This document shows positions 62,991 through 64,000 of a DNA stretch of 64,000 nucleotides, piece by piece (the first letter of the stretch is position 1; every line of letters starts with the position of its first letter). A program made the position numbers and the translations under genes. The notes beneath the pieces were generated by a model. That model ran no database searches and was not told the origin of the DNA. It saw nothing but the letters and a program-made list of their open reading frames with translations. This DNA comes from Lama glama (Eukaryota), in the NCBI GenBank assembly GCA_028534125.1, contig CM052832.1, forward strand, positions 34,410,001-34,474,000. The letters are read 5' to 3'.

Positions 62991-64000
62991 GGATCTCCTG
63001 CCATTTCCTGCACAAGCACTAATTGAACATTTGGGTGGCCTTGCTTATTTATTTTCCTGGAATGCAGTGGCTTATATTTTCATGGCATTTTCTCAGCAGT
63101 CGGCGTTTCAATTTCAAACTAGGACGTTGAGAAGAAAAGCCAGTCCCATCAGCAAAAGACAACTGTCCCCCATTTGGATTTGCAGGATGGAGTTTATAAA
63201 TTGTGACGAAACGTATTCCATCAGAAATGCTTGCTTTTTCAGGAAACTGAAAAGACAAGTTTACTTTCTCCTTAAAAAGAAGGAAACTCAGCAGTGGGCT
63301 CAGTTACCACGAGAAATGAAAGATAAACAGGAGGTAACATTCAAAACTGTTTGGTAAAATTCGGCAATCGACTGTCCCCGTCTAATCTTCATAATGTGCA
63401 CAGGCTCGAACTTTCTGTGGAATCGGCGTGCATAAGAAAGAGCTTCACGGCGCTTCAGAGCTTCCACAAACCCAGCCTGCTCTGCGTGGGCGTTCTTCTG
63501 CAGGGATATGAAGCTAACAGTGAAATTTTTAATTTTATCAAGATGTTATACCATGTTGTTCTAATAATGCACCACTGCTGTAAAGTTTGTGTTGCCAAAC
63601 ATTCAGAGGGGAATCTACTTCAATGAAATTGTGTAAAAACACAGTTTTGGCAAAAATTGAATTTATACCCATGGCTGAGAGAATTTACACCTTAAAACTG
63701 ACTTTTTATTTCATCCTGGATGTGGGCATCTTTCATTTCTGAACTAAGACTAGAGAGAGAATGAACTTTCTACATCTGATACATTCTGCATGAAATATTT
63801 TAAAAGGAAAATTTAGAACGGTTGAAAATATACGCACATGCTAAGTAACGTTAGTTACCAAAGACAAGTACTTACCTGAATTCCCTGAGAGAGTGCCAGC
63901 TGAGGGCAGACGCACATGCACTTTCATGTCTTGACCGGTACTGAGCCAAGGTCATGCTCTTAATCTGAGAGCTGCCTTCCTTGGTGTGTATGCATTTCTG

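Noticed and set aside
62599-63019. Poly-alanine / poly-Arg-Gln protein ORFs
   Set aside because: Produced by the GCG/GCA repeat; flanking residues match no poly-Ala transcription factor I recognise
1-64000. Naming a host gene for the window
   Set aside because: No exon translates to a protein I can recognise; any gene symbol would be a guess

Overview
Mammalian genomic DNA, very probably a camelid (camel/alpaca/llama). The evidence is a tRNA-derived SINE matching the camelid vic-1 type at 36140-36275 and L1 3' ends resembling camelid L1 at 35419-35470 and 36795-37608. The window is GC- and CpG-rich, like a distal or subtelomeric region, with a 100-N assembly gap at 34249-34348. I recognise no protein-coding gene, RNA gene or CRISPR array. 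The supplied ORFs look like chance ORFs in GC-rich DNA or repeat artefacts, so the window is most likely intergenic DNA or one very long intron. It holds many interspersed repeats (L1, L2, MIR, MLT1B/MLT1D, MER5A, MER58A, a probable ERV solo LTR) and several structures visible directly in the sequence: a 42 x 11-bp G-rich minisatellite; a ~290-bp degenerate palindrome; a dispersed 97-bp duplication; a 5'-inverted L1 nested in an older L1 with target-site duplications (TSDs); a 52-bp micro-L1 with a perfect TSD; a 70-bp Oct/CCAAT tandem duplication next to a TATA box; and an 18-unit GCG/GCA repeat in a CpG-rich, promoter-like segment near the right end. Old repeats appear strongly shifted towards G/C, consistent with GC-biased gene conversion. 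Repeat family names come from recalled consensus sequences, boundaries of old repeats are approximate, and both need RepeatMasker/Dfam confirmation. I found no convincing evidence of a new biological system; exon and promoter candidates are reported as hypotheses.
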